DNA of 64,000 bases from Mytilus edulis (Eukaryota). Each line of letters begins with the position of its first letter. Within the stretch, counting starts at the first letter, position 1. The notes below the pieces were generated by a model. That model was not told the DNA's origin. It did not search any database and was given only the letters and a program-made list of their open reading frames with translations. Made by a program: the position numbers and the translations under genes. The stretch lies in contig NC_092352.1 in NCBI RefSeq assembly GCF_963676685.1, positions 20,646,001 through 20,710,000 on the forward strand, read 5' to 3'. Positions 12,666-27,300 of this stretch are shown here, piece after piece.

Positions 12666-13631
12666 CTTCAGTTTCATACCTGGATCACTGTAATGCTTAT
12701 GCAATTGATGGCGGGTTCAATTCTTTGTACTACCTTTATCTTGTACCACTTACTCCAGCTTCCATTTGAAGTGAATATATTTAAATGTTCTGGCTGGCTC
12801 AGCAACATTTCACAGTTATTGTAAATTACCAAAAAGTATTTTCAATAGTGTTTATATTCGGTTGATCAAACTAGAATTTATTTGTTGAATCAGTAAGCTC
12901 TCACATCAGCTTTATTTAGCTCTAATCAAATAATCCCATCAACCATTTTTAAAAGTAGTTGATAAAAATTTGATTCAATGGGTTATGGTATTCTTAGTCT
13001 TCAATCAAAATTGGAAATGATTGCAGATTTCTCCTTGCTCAAAAATCATTTGTGGTAATGTCTAGAAGTTTTGTTTTATAATCTTCTAACTAGAACAATA
13101 TAGTAAGTAGTATATTGGTCGTATGTCATAACCTCCATTTCACAGATAATTATCTTTATCTCGAAATTGAAATATATATTTTTGTTGATTGTTTTGTATC
13201 TTTGTCTTGTAGTCACATTCTGTGAATTGACATGCGAGCCATATACAAATTCCTTTTTCAGATAAAGAAAGATAATTCGTACCTTCGTTTCATAATTTAT
13301 GATGTTGCTTTCATTGGGACAAAATTTAGACTTGACAATTTGATTTGTAAAATTCCAACTGCGTTTTTTTTAAATCTACACACAAAAAAATACAACGACC
13401 ATGATTTTCCATTAAAGATAAACCTCATTATAAATGAGACATGATTTACAAATACATCTTTCCCGTTACCAATTAAAATGTCCTCATTTGGACCTAAACA
13501 CAAAATCCTCCGATCTTATAGTTAACGAAAACCTGCATACTAAAGTTTGCATATTTCAGGTATCCTTGACTTTATCTTGACGATTCAATCGTTACCTTAA
13601 CTAAATGATAATGTTGGTTTCTCAGTTATTT

Positions 13632-15510
13632 TTATACGACCGCAAAAATTGAAAATTTTTTGGTCGTATATTGGTATCACGTTGCCGTCAGCGTCGTCGT
13701 CGTCCGAATACTTTTGGTTTTCACACTATAACTTTAGTTTAAGTAAATAGAAATGTATGAAATTTAAACAAAAGGTTTATGACCATGAAAGGAAGGTTGG
13801 GATTGATTTTGGAAGTTTTGATCCCAACAGTTTAGGAATTAGGGGCCAAAAAGGGCCCAAATAAGCATTTTCTAGGTTTTCGCACTATAACTTTAGTTTA
13901 AGTAAATAGAAATCAATGATATTTTGACACAAGGATTATGACCACAAAAGGAAGGTCGGGATTGATTTTGGGAGTTGAGGTCCCAACAGTTTAGGAATTA
14001 GGGGCCAAAAAGGGATCCAAATAAACACTTTTCTTGGTTTTCGCACCATAACTTAAGTACAAGTAAATAGAAATCTATGAAATTTAAACACAAGGTTTAT
14101 GACCATAAAAGGAAGGTTGGGAATTTTGGTCCCAACAGTTTAGGAATAAGGGGCCCAAAGGGTCCAAAAATTTTACTCTTTGATTTCATCAAACATTGAA
14201 TAATTGGGGTTCTTTGATATGCCGAATCTAACTGTGTATGTAGATTCTTAATTTTTGGTCCGGTTTTTAAATTGGTCTACATTAAGGTCCAAAGGGTCCA
14301 CACTAGATGTTTAACAAAATTAAACTTAGTTTGATTTTAACAAAAGTTAAATCCTTGTGGTTCTTTGATCTGCTGAATCTAAAATTATACTTAATTTTTT
14401 TATTATTGGCCCACCTTTCAAGTTGGTCCAAATCAGGGTCCAAAATTAAACTTGTTTGATTTCATCAAAAATTGAATAATTGGGGTTCTTTGATATGCCA
14501 AATCTAACTGTGTATGTAGATTCTTAATTTTTGGTCCCGTTTTCAAATTGGTCTACATTAAAGTCCAAAGGGTCCAAAATTAAACTAAGTTTGATTTTTA
14601 CAAAAATTGAATTCTTGGGCTTCTTTGATATGCTGAATCTAAACATGTACTTAGATTTTTGATTATGGGCCCAGTTTTCAAGTTGGTCCAAATTAGGATC
14701 CAAAATTATTATATTAAGTATTGTGTAAATAGCAAGAAATTTTCAATTGCACAGTATTCAGCAATAGCAAGAAATCTTCAATTGCACAGTATTGTGCAAT
14801 AGCAAGACATTTTCAATTGCACAGTATTGCGCAATAGCAAAAAATCTTCAATTGCACAGTAATGTGCAATAGCAAGTATTTTCAATTGCACAGTATTGCG
14901 CAATAGCAAGAAATATCTAATTGCATAATATTGCGTAATAGCAAGAAATTTTCAATTGGAGTTATCTTTCTTTGTCCAGAATAGTACTTAAATCATTGTT
15001 TTACACAATATATAATGCATATTCACTTTTACTACCAACTGATAAATTAAAACAATCTTTACCATTCAGTGATAACAAGCATTTTTTTACATTTTAGTAT
15101 TTTATGATGTATTTAATTGAGTAGTTATTGTTGCAAACTCCATTAGAAATTTGAATTGAGATCAGTTTTGGAATAAGGGAAAGGGGGAAGTGAGGAAAAA
15201 AAATTGGGGGGGGGTCCATTTTTCTCATTTCAGATTTCTTAAATCAAAAGAAAATTTCTTCAAACATTTTTTTGAGAGGATTAATATTCAACAGCATTGT
15301 GACAGACGTTGAATTGCTCAAAGGCTAAAAAAAAATTAACTTCATTAGACCACATTCATTCTGTGTCAGAAACCTATGCTGTGTCAACTATTTAATCACA
15401 ATCCAAATTTAGAGCTGAATCCAGCTTAAATGTTGTGTCCATACTTGCCCCAACCGTTCAGGGTTCAACCTCTGCGGTCGTATAAAGCTGCGCCCTGCGG
15501 AGCATCTGGT
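13632..15510 (+). mobile_element. HINE/pearl-like element, family 3, with several internal tandem arrays
   Basis: SubTIR TTATACGACCGCA / TGCGGTCGTATAA, (CGT)n microsatellite, internal longer repeats plus a 35-bp minisatellite. Confidence 0.75.
14717..14957. repeat. 35-bp minisatellite (~7 copies)
   Basis: Unit GCACAGTATTGTGCAATAGCAAGAAATTTTCAATT. Confidence 0.85.
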
Positions 15511-15658
15511 TAATTATATATCTGCTTTATATAAAAAAAAAAAGATGTGGTTAGCAGATCATATATCTCTTTGACATGGTTCAACTGACCATGACCTTAC
15601 TTTATGGTCATTGATAAACAGTATGTTTTCATGATTATAAACTCATCATAGATACTAG

Positions 15659-15976
15659 TGCTGAGTTCGCACGTAATTCTAATTCGAATCGCATTAAATA
15701 ATTCGAATTAGTTTAATTCGCATTCGAAACGTTTAACGTCCTAACGTCAATTCTAATTCGAATTGGAATGCGCGTCAAATTCGCTTTACTGTACTAACGA
15801 CGTTAACTTTTAATTCGGATTAACAAAAACGTATTTCTATGGCGAATTAGTTAATTCGAATTAGCTTATTCGAATCAATTCGAATTAGAAAAGAAGAGTG
15901 TGTGAACATGATTTGCGAATTCGATTCACATTCGATTCGAATTCATTTCGAATTAAAGGTACGTGTGAACGAGGCA
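15659..15976. mobile_element. TTCGAA-rich palindromic MITE inserted in a retrozyme fragment
   Basis: Imperfect TIRs TGCTGAGTTCGCACGTA / TACGTGTGAACGAGGCA; the flanks continue the minus-strand retrozyme sequence. Confidence 0.6.
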
Positions 15977-15996
15977 TCAGATTAAATTTTATATTT

Positions 15997-16042
15997 ACGC
16001 CAGACGCGCGTTTCGTCTACAAAATACTCATAAGTGACGCTC
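15997..16042 (-). ncRNA. Type I hammerhead ribozyme motif, family A, core-mutated (CUUAUGA)
   Basis: Minus strand GAGCGTCA CTTATGA GTAT TTTGT AGAC GAAA CGCGCG TC TGGCGT; part of a retrozyme fragment ~15637-16185. Confidence 0.7.
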
Positions 16043-18264
16043 GAATAAAAAAAATAATAAGTCCAAAGTACGAAGTCGAAGAGAATTGAGGACCAAAATT
16101 CCTAAAAATTTTGCCAAATACAGCTAAGGTTATCTACTCCTGAGGTAGGAAAGCCTTAGTTTTTCAAAATTCAAAAGTTTTATAATCAGTTGATTTAGTT
16201 CAACCTTATATAATCTTTAGAATCATTGTTATGTACATGTCTGTCCAACACACACGACCCGACTTCAACCTTACTATTCTTACAGTAGTGAAGTAAAGAT
16301 AAGTTATCTTTATTCAAAAACGGGCTGCAATCTATACTTCGCAAATAACGTTTTGCAAGACTTTAAAAAGTAAAATCACAAAAATACTGAACTCCGAGGA
16401 AATTCAAAACGAAAAGTCCCTAATCAAATGTCAAAATCAAACGACAAAACACATCAAACGACTGAGAACAACTGTCATATTTTTGATTTGATAATTGAGA
16501 TTACCGGGGGTCAAACTTTGAGACCTCATATCTTTGAAGACAATGATCTGAAATTAATAGCATTCCTTTTTTTTTTGGATGTTGAATAAATTATAAAAGT
16601 AAACTACACACAATTTTTGGACGAGGGAAATGTTAGTTTCTTGTCATATATGATCGATCATGACATCATATTCCGTTCGTTTGATGTGTGTGTGTGATGT
16701 TTTGATTTAGCCATTTGATAAGAGACTTTCTGTTTTAAATTTTCCTTTGAGTTTTGTATTTTTGTTAGGTCACTTTTTTATTCACCAATTTCGTCAATTT
16801 TGCTCGTTGTATGTATTTATTTCGTTGAAATTGAAACTTTCAATTTCGACCACTTCGTCAAAATTTGCGAAGAGTGTAGCTGTCTGAAGTTTGGCCAGCA
16901 CAACTGTAGTCAAAATAAATGATTGAAGATTAAGAAAACACAAACTTTTAAAGATAAATTGAGGTTCTGTTTTATTTTGTTTTCTGTCAGATGTTGTGTT
17001 TGCTACACTTTTGTTGAGTAGTATAAACAAATTAGAATACAATCCGAGCATTTAAAGAGCTCTGTAATCGACTGATAAATAATATCGCTTTTTGTGCATT
17101 TTTCCTTTGATCTTTTTTGTGATAATTTTTCATATCATGCAACTCGCTTAAGATGGAAAATTATCGCTAGAAACTAAGGAGGCACGTGTCGTTGCTAATG
17201 AAATTGAGATGAAATTGACAACGTCGTCATAGGTAAAATATCGATAAGCAGATTATCATTGATCATCTCAACTCAATTGCTTTTCTCGCCTTCGCCGTAC
17301 CGATCAACGATAATCTATAAATATAAATAATAGATCATTGAATGGAAACAGATACATATATAGAACGTGTAATCAAAATAAGCAGTTACCAGCCTACCTA
17401 GTCCTTGTTATATCCCGAGACATTTAGGGCAACGGCTAGATCGTTCAACGCATCTCTGTTCTAGGCTGGTTTTGTTTTGTTGGTCTTACGTGGGCAGAAT
17501 ATCCTTAATATCTTTTAAGCAGCTGTTGAGAAAACTGGTTAAGCATGTTGATGTCTTAACAGTCATTCTTCATCATTCTTCCCTATACAACAGCACTTAT
17601 AGTAAACAGCCATTATATATCATTATTTTGGGGTTCTTGCTGATGTTATTAGAGTTCCATATATATGAAATGGCTTACAAAATGTAGTATTGGTGATTTT
17701 TTACTGGCTCGGAAGTGCATTCCGAATTTGTCCCACTTAAAGAGTCTCTAGGATGCTAAAAGTCATAACCTCGGATTTTTTATGTTGCTGTTAAGTCCAG
17801 TAATACTTATTTTTTTGTAATTTGGTTTTTTTATCTTTCATGTGTATTTCTCTAGATGTGACATAAAATGTAAACAAATTCAAACGAGAAACAAAAGGTC
17901 TTATTTAAAATATTTACCTATTATATCTGTTTATTTTGTTCACACATGGTTGTCAATATAATGGAAGTTGATGCGACTTTCATACATGTGTGTTTATCTA
18001 GCTATAAAACCAGGTTTAATCCTACATTTTCTGCATGTGTGTAATAAATTAATGTATACATGCCAGTAGACAGCTATCACTCTGTAAATTGTAAATAACA
18101 CGTAATATTATGTAGATTATAAAAAGTTTGCCAATGAAATCCCATTGGTTTTATTGGTTATTACCAATACTAGGCAGAACCTTAGTGCCATTTTTTACCA
18201 TTAAGAGGCTTTGTTAAAAACTATTAGTGAAATAAAGTATCTGAAGTTTGAAAAAAAGAAGAGA

Positions 18265-18520
18265 ATATATCTGTACCAAGTCAGGAATATGACAGTTGTG
18301 ATGACGGCTGTACCCTATTTTGACAACTATTATGTCTGTTTTGTTCACGCATCGTTGTAAATATAATGAAATTTGATGCGACTGTCATACAAGTGAGATG
18401 TTTTGCGATATAAAACCAGGTTCAATCCACCATTTTCTACATATGAAAATGCATGTACCAAGTCAGGAATATAACAGTTATCCATTCGTCAGATTTGTTT
18501 TAGCTTTTGATTAGGACTTA
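18265..18520 (+). repeat. Abundant SINE-like dispersed repeat with a CTGTACCAAGTCAGG core
   Basis: Related copies at ~16365-16490(-), 16670-16780, 17915-18035, 19215-19495, 20876-21020, 32490-32680, 44865-45045. Confidence 0.7.
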
Positions 18521-18791
18521 TATCTAGTTATTTTCATTTTTTAGTCCAAGAGTTCCAAATAGTGAAGTTGCAATCATCACTTTATTATTACATTAGATGT
18601 ATGTTTCATTATAATACGTTATTATGATTGGCTAACTAAACATCACGTGTTATTCCTTAATTAATTGCATTACATAATAAAACTTATCATTCATGATAAG
18701 ACGAGGTCCGACAATAAAGTGCACAGTTGAATTAAATAAAAAAGAAATGATAAAATTCGTGTTTTCATGATCATATAAAAAATGTAATTAT

Positions 18792-18951
18792 AAGTATTGA
18801 ATGCTTCTTTTTGTAACTTCATTATAGGGTTGTAATAACGTTGACCGTGCACACATTTTTAGAATGAGGCGCTTTCGCGCTTCATACAAAATGTACTTCG
18901 GTTAACTCTTTTACACTCCAATGAAGTTACAAAAAGAAGCATTCAATTCTT
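18792..18951. repeat. Long inverted repeat (hairpin) in a non-autonomous element
   Basis: ATTGAATGCTTCTTTTTGTAACTTCATT ... AATGAAGTTACAAAAAGAAGCATTCAAT arms. Confidence 0.7.
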
Positions 18952-18959
18952 AAGTAAAT

Positions 18960-19212
18960 TTTACGGACGCCATCACGGGCTGGTTGACCGTTGTGGAATA
19001 TCCATTTCACAGATGATATCGGATATGTTCTAGCTGTCGTATCTACAATCCCGTTCCCTTTTCACGAATGTGACCTACCGAGTTAGACTATTTACCGAGT
19101 TTGTAAAAACATGAGCATCCCGACGGCTGTCGCGTGTTGAGCAGGATATGCTTACCCTTCCAGGGCTTCGAGATCAACCCCCTCCCAGTATTTAGTGAGG
19201 TTCGTGTTGCTG
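18960..19212 (+). mobile_element. Naiad-type PLE (family 2) RT C-terminus/3' UTR fragment
   Basis: Matches 49370-49830 and 58940-59190. Confidence 0.7.
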
Positions 19213-20344
19213 TTGTTCCCCTATTTGTGACATTTTTACCTATTATGTCTGGTTGTTTTGTTCACACATAAAGGTCAATATAATGGAATTTGATGCAACT
19301 GTCATACAAGTAAGAGGTTTAGCGCTTCAAAACCAGGGTTTAATCCACCATTTTCCACATTTGAAAATGCCTGTACCAAGTCAGAAATATGACAGTTGTT
19401 GTCCATTCGTTTGATGTGTTTTATTATTTGATTTTGCCATTTGATGTTGGTCTTTCCGTTTTGAATTATCCTCGGAGTTTGTAATTTTACTTTTTATGTA
19501 CTAAATAATGAACGAAAAACAAAAATATTAACACAACAACAATTAACGAAATACTCTGGATTACAGGCTTCTGACTTGGGACCTGTGGTCATAGCGGGAG
19601 ACTTTTCCAGGCATTCTGTTCTTTAATGAACAAAGGATAATTCTAGAGAAGGAACAGAAATTTCCACACAAATATGAATAATTGGTACTTTTTTAATGAA
19701 AATATAAAAAAAACACTTTTTTCTACGACCATGTGCTCTTCTTTTCAACATTTTTAGACAACTTCATACAAATGACAGACACTTATTTTTTAATCCCAGA
19801 GACAATTGCCTGTGATACAAATTTTAAACAACACTCAATTTGAAGTTTTATAATATGTTTGCCTGATACTGATCGTCCTGAAAGGTTAAAGTAATTATCG
19901 ATATTCAGTCAATTTGATTTTGCGTATTTTATTAAAAAGAGACAGCTTAGGGTGGTACTTCGAACAACTTGATTATCTGTATCGAATCACGTTTACTTTT
20001 AGCTGCATTTTTCTGCAGTTAAATTTCCGTAAAAGAACTGCTGGTGCCGATGTTTCCTGTTTATAATCGTGAATTGGTTTTTGTTTTGTCAATTGGGATG
20101 TAATTGCCGTATTTTTTGTATATCGCCTTGATCTGTTCCGCAATTTACTAATTATCAAAGAAATGTTGAATGACATTAGGGCCCATATCAGTTGGTACAT
20201 CAAATTATGCTATATCAAGGGTGCTTGACAATTATAAATTATTCTCAGACAATAATGCGTGGTAGTAGGGATCGTTTATATAAATATTTTTGTGTCCGAT
20301 TGAAAAAAGAAACACATTTTGCTCAACTTGTCGCCCTCAGAAAT

Positions 20345-20464
20345 ATGGAATACATGTTTCGGCTATCCGTTATTTTGAGTTTAGTTTTTGGTTATCTCTG
20401 TCGTGAGGGAATAAGGGTATCGGGTAAACGAATGGTTGCTGCTTCACAGATGCGCAACAGTCAG
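20345..20464 (+). CDS. Small putative secreted protein, exon 1 (signal peptide)
   Basis: MEYMFRLSVILSLVFGYLCREGIRVSGKRMVAASQMRNSQ; consensus donor CAG|GTAAGT (phase 0); TATA-like TATATAAA at ~20277-20284. Joining to the downstream exons is inferred. Confidence 0.55.
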
Positions 20465-21200
20465 GTAAGTTGTTTATGCTCGATTTGTCTTCTTTATAAG
20501 AAAATTTGTTTTTGATATCTTGTAAAATTCTGCTTCATTGTGAAAAAAGCAAGAAAACGATTTTGATCTGTGATTATTTCTGTCGATTGGTTACAAAATT
20601 TGGTTGGTGATATTTAAGTTGGTTCACATATAAACAATTTTTACTCGACGAGTTAGCGCTCAGATATACATTTTGTATTAAAAAAAGGCTTATACTGAAA
20701 ACAGGAAAATACATGTTCTTAAATAGTAGCAAAGTTTAAAAAGTTAATGCAAGGTATGCAATCATCTGGCTTGTAATTTTTGGGTAAACTCATACTTCGT
20801 TGAAGCAACTCATTTAATTATAAAATGAATCTCTATGATAGCTTATTTGTGAGTTACAATCATCATAAATATACTAGCTAGCTATAACATCAGGTTTCAT
20901 CCACCATTTTCTACATAAGAAAATGCCTGTACCAAGTCAGGAATATAACAGTTTTTATCCATTCGTTTGTTCTGTTTGAGCTTTTTATTTTGCCATTTGA
21001 TAAGGGATTTTCCGTTTTCCGCATTACAGAAAATAACAAACACTCTTGATTACCAAATTCAAACTCATCTGTCGTATTACGACTTGTTTCATGGGTTAAG
21101 TTTTTGAAATAAATATAAAAATCATGAGACTTTGAATAACATTTAGCGTTTTTTTTTCCATTATCAAAGTCATTGAAAAACTGTTTAGGATTAACTATAT

Positions 21201-21735
21201 ATTTACACCACTGGGTCGTTGCCACTGCTGGTGGACTATTTGTCCCCGAGTGTATCACCAGTAGTCAGCACTTCAGTGTTGACATGAATATCAATTATAA
21301 GGTCATTTTTAAAAACTTCCTGTTTAAAGAAGTGTGAATTTTTCAAAATGCTAAGGATTTTCTTATCCAAAGCATGGATTACCTTTTGAATTGTTTTACA
21401 TTGTCTTATCGGGGCCTTTTATAGCTGACTATGCGGTATAAGCTTTGCTCATTGTTGAAGCCCGTACGGTGACCTATAGTTGTTAATGTCTTTGTCATTT
21501 TGGTCTTTTGTGGATAGTTGTCTCATTGGCAATCATACCACATCTTCTTTTTTCTTTTATATATATTAGCCGTATTTTCCACATTTTTTTTTAATTTTGG
21601 GTCCTCAACACTCTTCAACTTGTACATGTTTGGCTTTATATCTATTTTGATCTGAGCCTCGCTGATGAGTCTTATGTAGCCAAAAAAACGCGTCTGGCGT
21701 ATTAAGTTATTAACCTGGTACCTTTGATAACTATT
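21201..21735 (+). mobile_element. Retrozyme-like monomer (degenerate hammerhead at ~21655-21700) interrupted by a SINE-like repeat (~21385-21566)
   Basis: Colinear with the 42381-43756 unit; HHR reads CTGATGA GTCT TATGT AGCC AAAAAAACGCGTC TGGCGT (GAAA lost). Confidence 0.75.
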
Positions 21736-22165
21736 TGAGCTTTTTATTTTGGCATTTGATAAAGGGCTTTCTGTTTTGAATTTTCCTTGGAATCGGTTTT
21801 TTATTTATTTTTTTCTTGCAAATTTATCTTGAAATTAAAAAAAGCTGAAAGAAATGATAATCAAAGTATAACAAGAACATTTAATGTTTTCCTGAATCCT
21901 ATTTTTTCCTAACACTTATAGTTACTACAGCAACGATTTTAGATGACCATCTTACCAACAACAAATTTTTCAAATACGATTGCATTTTTCACATTGGCAA
22001 TGTCTTGCAATATTTTTTGAAACAAGTTAAAGGGAAAGAGTCAGCATTTACTACAATTCCACTGATGATTTATGCACTGCGGAATGATATTTATGGCTTG
22101 GTTGGCTTAAATCAATTTTAACTAGGTCTATACTAACGTCAACAGTATATCAATTTTATTTCACT

Positions 22166-22209
22166 GCACCAGATGCTCATTTCGACATTTAATGTTTCTT
22201 CGGTGATGC
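22166..22209 (-). ncRNA. Hammerhead motif, family B, degenerate
   Basis: Minus strand GCATCA CCGAAGA AACA TTAAA TGTC GAAA TGAGCA TC TGGTGC; homologous to 49441-49484. Confidence 0.6.
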
Positions 22210-23129
22210 TCAGCTCAAAATATTAACACAAATTTATTTCAAACGTTGAAGTAGTGATAAAACAAAAATAGACCAAAACCAAATTGCCAAGGATTCATAG
22301 CTATTAACGAGGGAGGTCCATTCCCTGGCTTAATTTTAAAAATGTTTTGCTAAAATTGTATAAACCCAAATTTTAATAAAACAGTATCCATTTAAAAGTC
22401 TACCAGCAGAGGTACTAGTATCCACCCATGCAGTGGTAACAATAACGTTAACTTTTATCTTATTCACTGCCTTAGACGTTGAGAAGTAGATGGCATAGTT
22501 ATAAAAGATGTAGTTCAGTTTTTCCATGGAAGTATTATATCAAAATTATACTTCCATGACTTAACATAAGATACATATGTTCTGTGTGTATTTAGAATTA
22601 AAGACTGATTATCTTTATGCGAATAAACTGTAATTGAAATTAGAAAAATCACGGTGGGTATGGTTGTCCTGCGAGAGAACGTTCTGTGCTGGTGATTCGG
22701 TCCTGACGGGTGCTGGTGATCAATGAAAAAAATGTAAATAAAGACGAAAATGATGATTTTTGACGTTTTCACTCATAAAAAATGGAAGAAAACAGTTAAG
22801 ATTTTTCAATTTTGTTTCTTATGGGTTCATATGTAAACCAATAAAAAGTTGACCCTCTAAACTGTTTCAGTAAGCGTAACACAAAAGTGCTCATTTTCAG
22901 AAAATCTAGAACTGAAAAAAATAAAACAAAAATGTTCATAGAGTCCGCTTTCCATACCGCAATCCACACGGCAAAACTTTTTTGTGAAAAAAACATTGCA
23001 ATTTATTAAAATTTAGTATTTTCTCAATTTATTCATGTCCTGATACTGTGCTGGTGGGTCCTGTCATTGTGCTGGTGGGTCCTGATACGGTGCTGGTGAT
23101 TTTGGATAAGAAGTTTGTCATATTTGTAA

Positions 23130-23432
23130 GGGAGCTACCATTTGATTTTTATGGGGGGCTAGGATGAAATTTGAAAAAAATAGGCAGGACAGGAGTTTTG
23201 AGTAAAAAAGAAAGTCAGGATGAGACAATTGCCAAAAAAAAAAGTCAGGACGACAATTTAGGTAAAAAAAAGTCAGGATAAACTAAAAAAAAAAAAAAGC
23301 AGGACCAAACAGAGTGAAAATTAAAAGGCAGGACAGAGATTACAGCTAAAAAAAAATGCAGGACAAAATTTTTCATCCTAGCCCCCCCCCCCCCCCCCCC
23401 CCCCCCCCCATAAAAATCAAATGGTAGCTCCC
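23130..23432. mobile_element. PIF/Harbinger-type MITE
   Basis: TIRs GGGAGCTACCATTTGATTTTTATGGGGG / reverse complement; TAA TSD; TIR related to that of 162-435. Confidence 0.85.
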
Positions 23433-23615
23433 TAACAAATGTTACAAAATCAATAAAATTGGGCAGATAATTGTTGTCAATAGGATCTATGACTCCTATT
23501 TTAGCTCTTGTGCATCCATTTGGCTGTTTAATATGTGTTTTCAAATGATCGTAACTTGTATTACATAATTACATAAAAGGGCAACATCTTTCGTCCAATA
23601 TCAGATAACAATATA

Positions 23616-24389
23616 TCTATAATACTAAAATTACGAGGTCCAATTTGTCAGCCGTCATCACGTAAAAACGATGAATCAAAGAATTCACTTTTATATATAA
23701 TTAATATAGTACAATGGTGTTGATTATAAAAATTACACCACTCCAGGCCTATTTGTTTTCCACGTAATTAATATTGCCAATAATTAAGAAGTTCCGGATC
23801 GAGTCCGACACCGATACCAATAGTATATTCACCTGTTACCTATTACCTTATCTGTACGTTCCGCATCTGACAGGCGCACCACCAAACGGTGTATTTAGAA
23901 TTTTGCTGTATACGGTTGAGTAAAAAATACTCCATTCCAGGCCCTTTTGTTTTCCAAATTATTAATATTACCAATAATTGATAGGTTCCAGGTCGACGGG
24001 TTCAAACAATAAGATTTTGAAAGAAAATGATGAAAATTGTGCATTTTATAATCGGCATGACTTTATCAGATGACAATACCAATACTAAAATAAGGCATAC
24101 GCATAGTTATATACTTTAATTCAGTCATGGACCAGGCGCACCTCCAAACGGTGGATTTATAATTTTGCTGTATACTGTTGAGTAAAAAATACTCCATTCC
24201 AGGCCCTTTTGTTTTCCAAATTATTAATATTACCAATAATTGATAGGTTCCAGGTCGACGGGTTCAAACAGTAAGATTTTGAAAGCAGACGACTTTATCA
24301 GATGACAATACCAATACTAAAATAAGGCATACGCATAGTTATATACTTTAATTCAGTCATGGACCCGCGATATCACGGGTGTGTTCTAG
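23616..24389 (+). mobile_element. Non-autonomous Helitron
   Basis: A|TC start, CTAG|T end, subterminal hairpin CCCGCGATATCACGGG, internal ~260-bp tandem duplication. Confidence 0.8.
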
Positions 24390-27300
24390 TAGTATCTAAA
24401 ATAAGAATAGTTTTATTAAGATATTAAATGCCCCTTACATTGATGCTTCAACAATGATCAAAGCCCATGCCGCATAGACATGTTTGTTAGCGCTCCGCAT
24501 ACCCCTCCCCACTTCCACCCAACCAACCCTCCTCATTTCCTCCTTCATTGTTACAGTGGTGTACCAACACAACAATTTATCACATAAAATAATAACACAA
24601 AGACACACATTATTGAACAACGAATGCTCGCAGGTACTGAAAGCTAGTTCAAAGCCGCATTTTCAACTAATATATAAACCATGTTCTCATATACAAAAAT
24701 TCCAATCGTGTCGATTAAAAAAGTCTCAAAACTTAAGTTCACATTTTAATGTTTGATGAACTTTAAAAGTGTGCAGTAAATCTTGTGCTCACAACAGTTA
24801 TTGTCATAATTATGTATACTATACATAAGACTTAAAGAATTAAGAAGGTACCAAGAAATATTTTACAGTTCAATTTAATGATCATGAATGTAAGGAAATG
24901 GTACGGTAGTTTACATAGGACAAAAAGAAATTGATGGTAATTTTTTGGCGAAAGACTTAAACGCTTCTTTGCATTATATAGTACAGCTCTTCTATAAAAG
25001 CATGCAAAAAAAACTTTGATTGACTTGCTTGCTATGTTTGCTTGGATGTTTTGAGGTAGGCGGAGTTTCAATACATACTGGGATTTGATTGGACAAATAC
25101 AAACTGACAGGAATTATAGTTAATGTTTATTGTCCAAACAAATTCTAGTATATAGTAAACAGACTACTTACCTGTCGTTTACAAACATCCAAACAATCAT
25201 AGCAAGCAATTTGATCAATGGTTTGCTTTGCATATATTTATAGAAGAGCTGTAAATTCTAAAAAAAAATTCTTGTTGTCGTAGATGGTTAATCCTCAACA
25301 AAATCTCAATAACTTTGTTGGAACGAATAAAGGTTTTTAAATCAAATTTTCGTGGACTTTTTAGCTTCCACCCTGACCAGGCATGTTAGCTGTCCGTATG
25401 CTGTTGCACCTGACGCACGGAAACTTTCACATTTCCATCTTCTTTTCTGACATATTTTTCCCAGCTCATACTTGACAGGATTGTTATCCTAGTAAAAGGT
25501 GTAACCAATGAATTGAACACAAGTTAAAAACTCCACAATACTATATAATTCATTTTATGTGTCAATTTGTTCGAAAAAAGTCGAAAAGAAGAGAGTTTTT
25601 TTTAATGTCATGATTATCTGTCGCTTTCTATAGATCTATGCTTAGCATTTATTTCAGATGACATGGACTCCTCACCCTGGTGACCCTGCTGCCTTTCATA
25701 ACTTTATCCGTATACATATATTAATAGATAAACAAAAGGCTGCAACTGGTATTTTTGTATTTAAAATGATTCGCTGTAACGAGAATATTTGTGGTGAATG
25801 GAAACTAGTGGTGAATGGAAACTGAGAGGGTCAAAATCTTAAATTGCTTATAAATGTTGCTCGACCCAGTTTCGTTATCTGATCTGAATTTTCTGAAATG
25901 TGCAAGGTAGATATACATTGGCCTTTTGATTTTTTTTACTCAGTAAGTTTTGCCCTAATTGCTTGAACTTTTGCAATATTAAAGCCGATTTCAATGAGTG
26001 TGTAGACAAAGGGAATATCTTTGGTTATCTTGCTTGCTGAACAGAAAAGTCATTGTTAGGTTATGTAAACTACCCTACTTTAAGAGTAGACTAGTCCGAC
26101 AAATGACACATCTTTCTGTCTGTAGGACCAGGCTACTTCTAAAGGAGGGTAGTATACCTTACCTAACAATGACTTCACGGTTTAGCTAACAAGCAAGCTA
26201 ACCAAAGATATTACCTTTGCCTACATACTCAATGGAATCGGCTGTAACTAAAAACTCGAATACATTTTAACAGACAGTGGTCATGTTTGTTGATGAATAT
26301 TGTTTTTCCTAGATTCACTCTTGAAAAATCATTTGGTAACATTTAGTCAAGTAATTTCAGAAAACATCTTTTTGTAATTGCGGACGCCAAGACAATACAT
26401 GAACCTCACTCGACCACTCGACATAGGTGAGCTTATATATGATCTTATAGCGATTCGGGTTGATAACCAGTTGAAATTAAGCCAGTTATTTGTGTGTAGA
26501 TTTGTATTGTTTTAAACTGTTATGACCTTTTAAAGTTAAATGTAGGTGTTTAATCTAAGAATTTCTTTTTTAAACTTATATACTTGTTTTATACTCATTT
26601 TTTAATTTTTGAAATTGAAGGCACAATTAACAAAGCAAACGGCAGTTTCAAATACTTTTAAATAGATCTTTGAGGATAATGTACCCTTGTGTTGATCCCA
26701 TGCTAAACATAACAAAAATCTCTGTACAAAGGTTATCTCGTCTTCATTCTCTGACATATTCTAGTCTGCCCTTTCATAAAATAGTGATTTTTTTTAGTGT
26801 TCTATCGAACTTTCGAAAAAATGTACCTGATAACCGTTCAGACAAAAAAATTATGTTGAAAAAATCTTACAGATACAGCAAGTGATTCTTAATAGCTATA
26901 AGATACATTTTTCTTTTAAAATACAACTTTTAAATCTTACGAGAAACTATACCAAGCTTAAAACTTTCACTGTAATCTCGCTCTAACTTATCCCCCCCCC
27001 CCCCCCCAAAAAAAAAAAAATTAAAAAAAAACCAAACAAACAAACCCGCAATACTATTGTCATTCTTATAGTCAGAACTAAATTGTTCACAAACAAATGT
27101 GTTTTAAGCAGCTAAAGACATATGATTCAAACCCTCAGAAAGTCCTTTGTTCTATATATAATGAGGACAGGGGACCCTTTAATATTTACCTGAATTTGTG
27201 TATATATATTGAGTTACTTAGTTATTGTCTTTATTTGTTTTTGTTGTTGTTTAATATGTCACAAACTGTATAGTTTATATGGCAATAAAACTTTGAATTG

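Noticed and set aside
14717-14957. CRISPR-like 35-bp repeats (also the 36-bp array)
   Set aside because: Head-to-tail repeats with no unique spacers, no cas genes, eukaryotic context.
22650-22700. True RSS (heptamer-spacer-nonamer) or ProtoRAG
   Set aside because: Only a heptamer-like end; no ACAAAAACC-like nonamer at 12 or 23 nt and no RAG1/RAG2-like coding sequence inside.
25659-25712. Possible extra exon or Harbinger transposase fragment (MTWTPHPGDPAAFHNFIR)
   Set aside because: Too short; the nearest donor is weak and phase-incompatible with the small-gene model.
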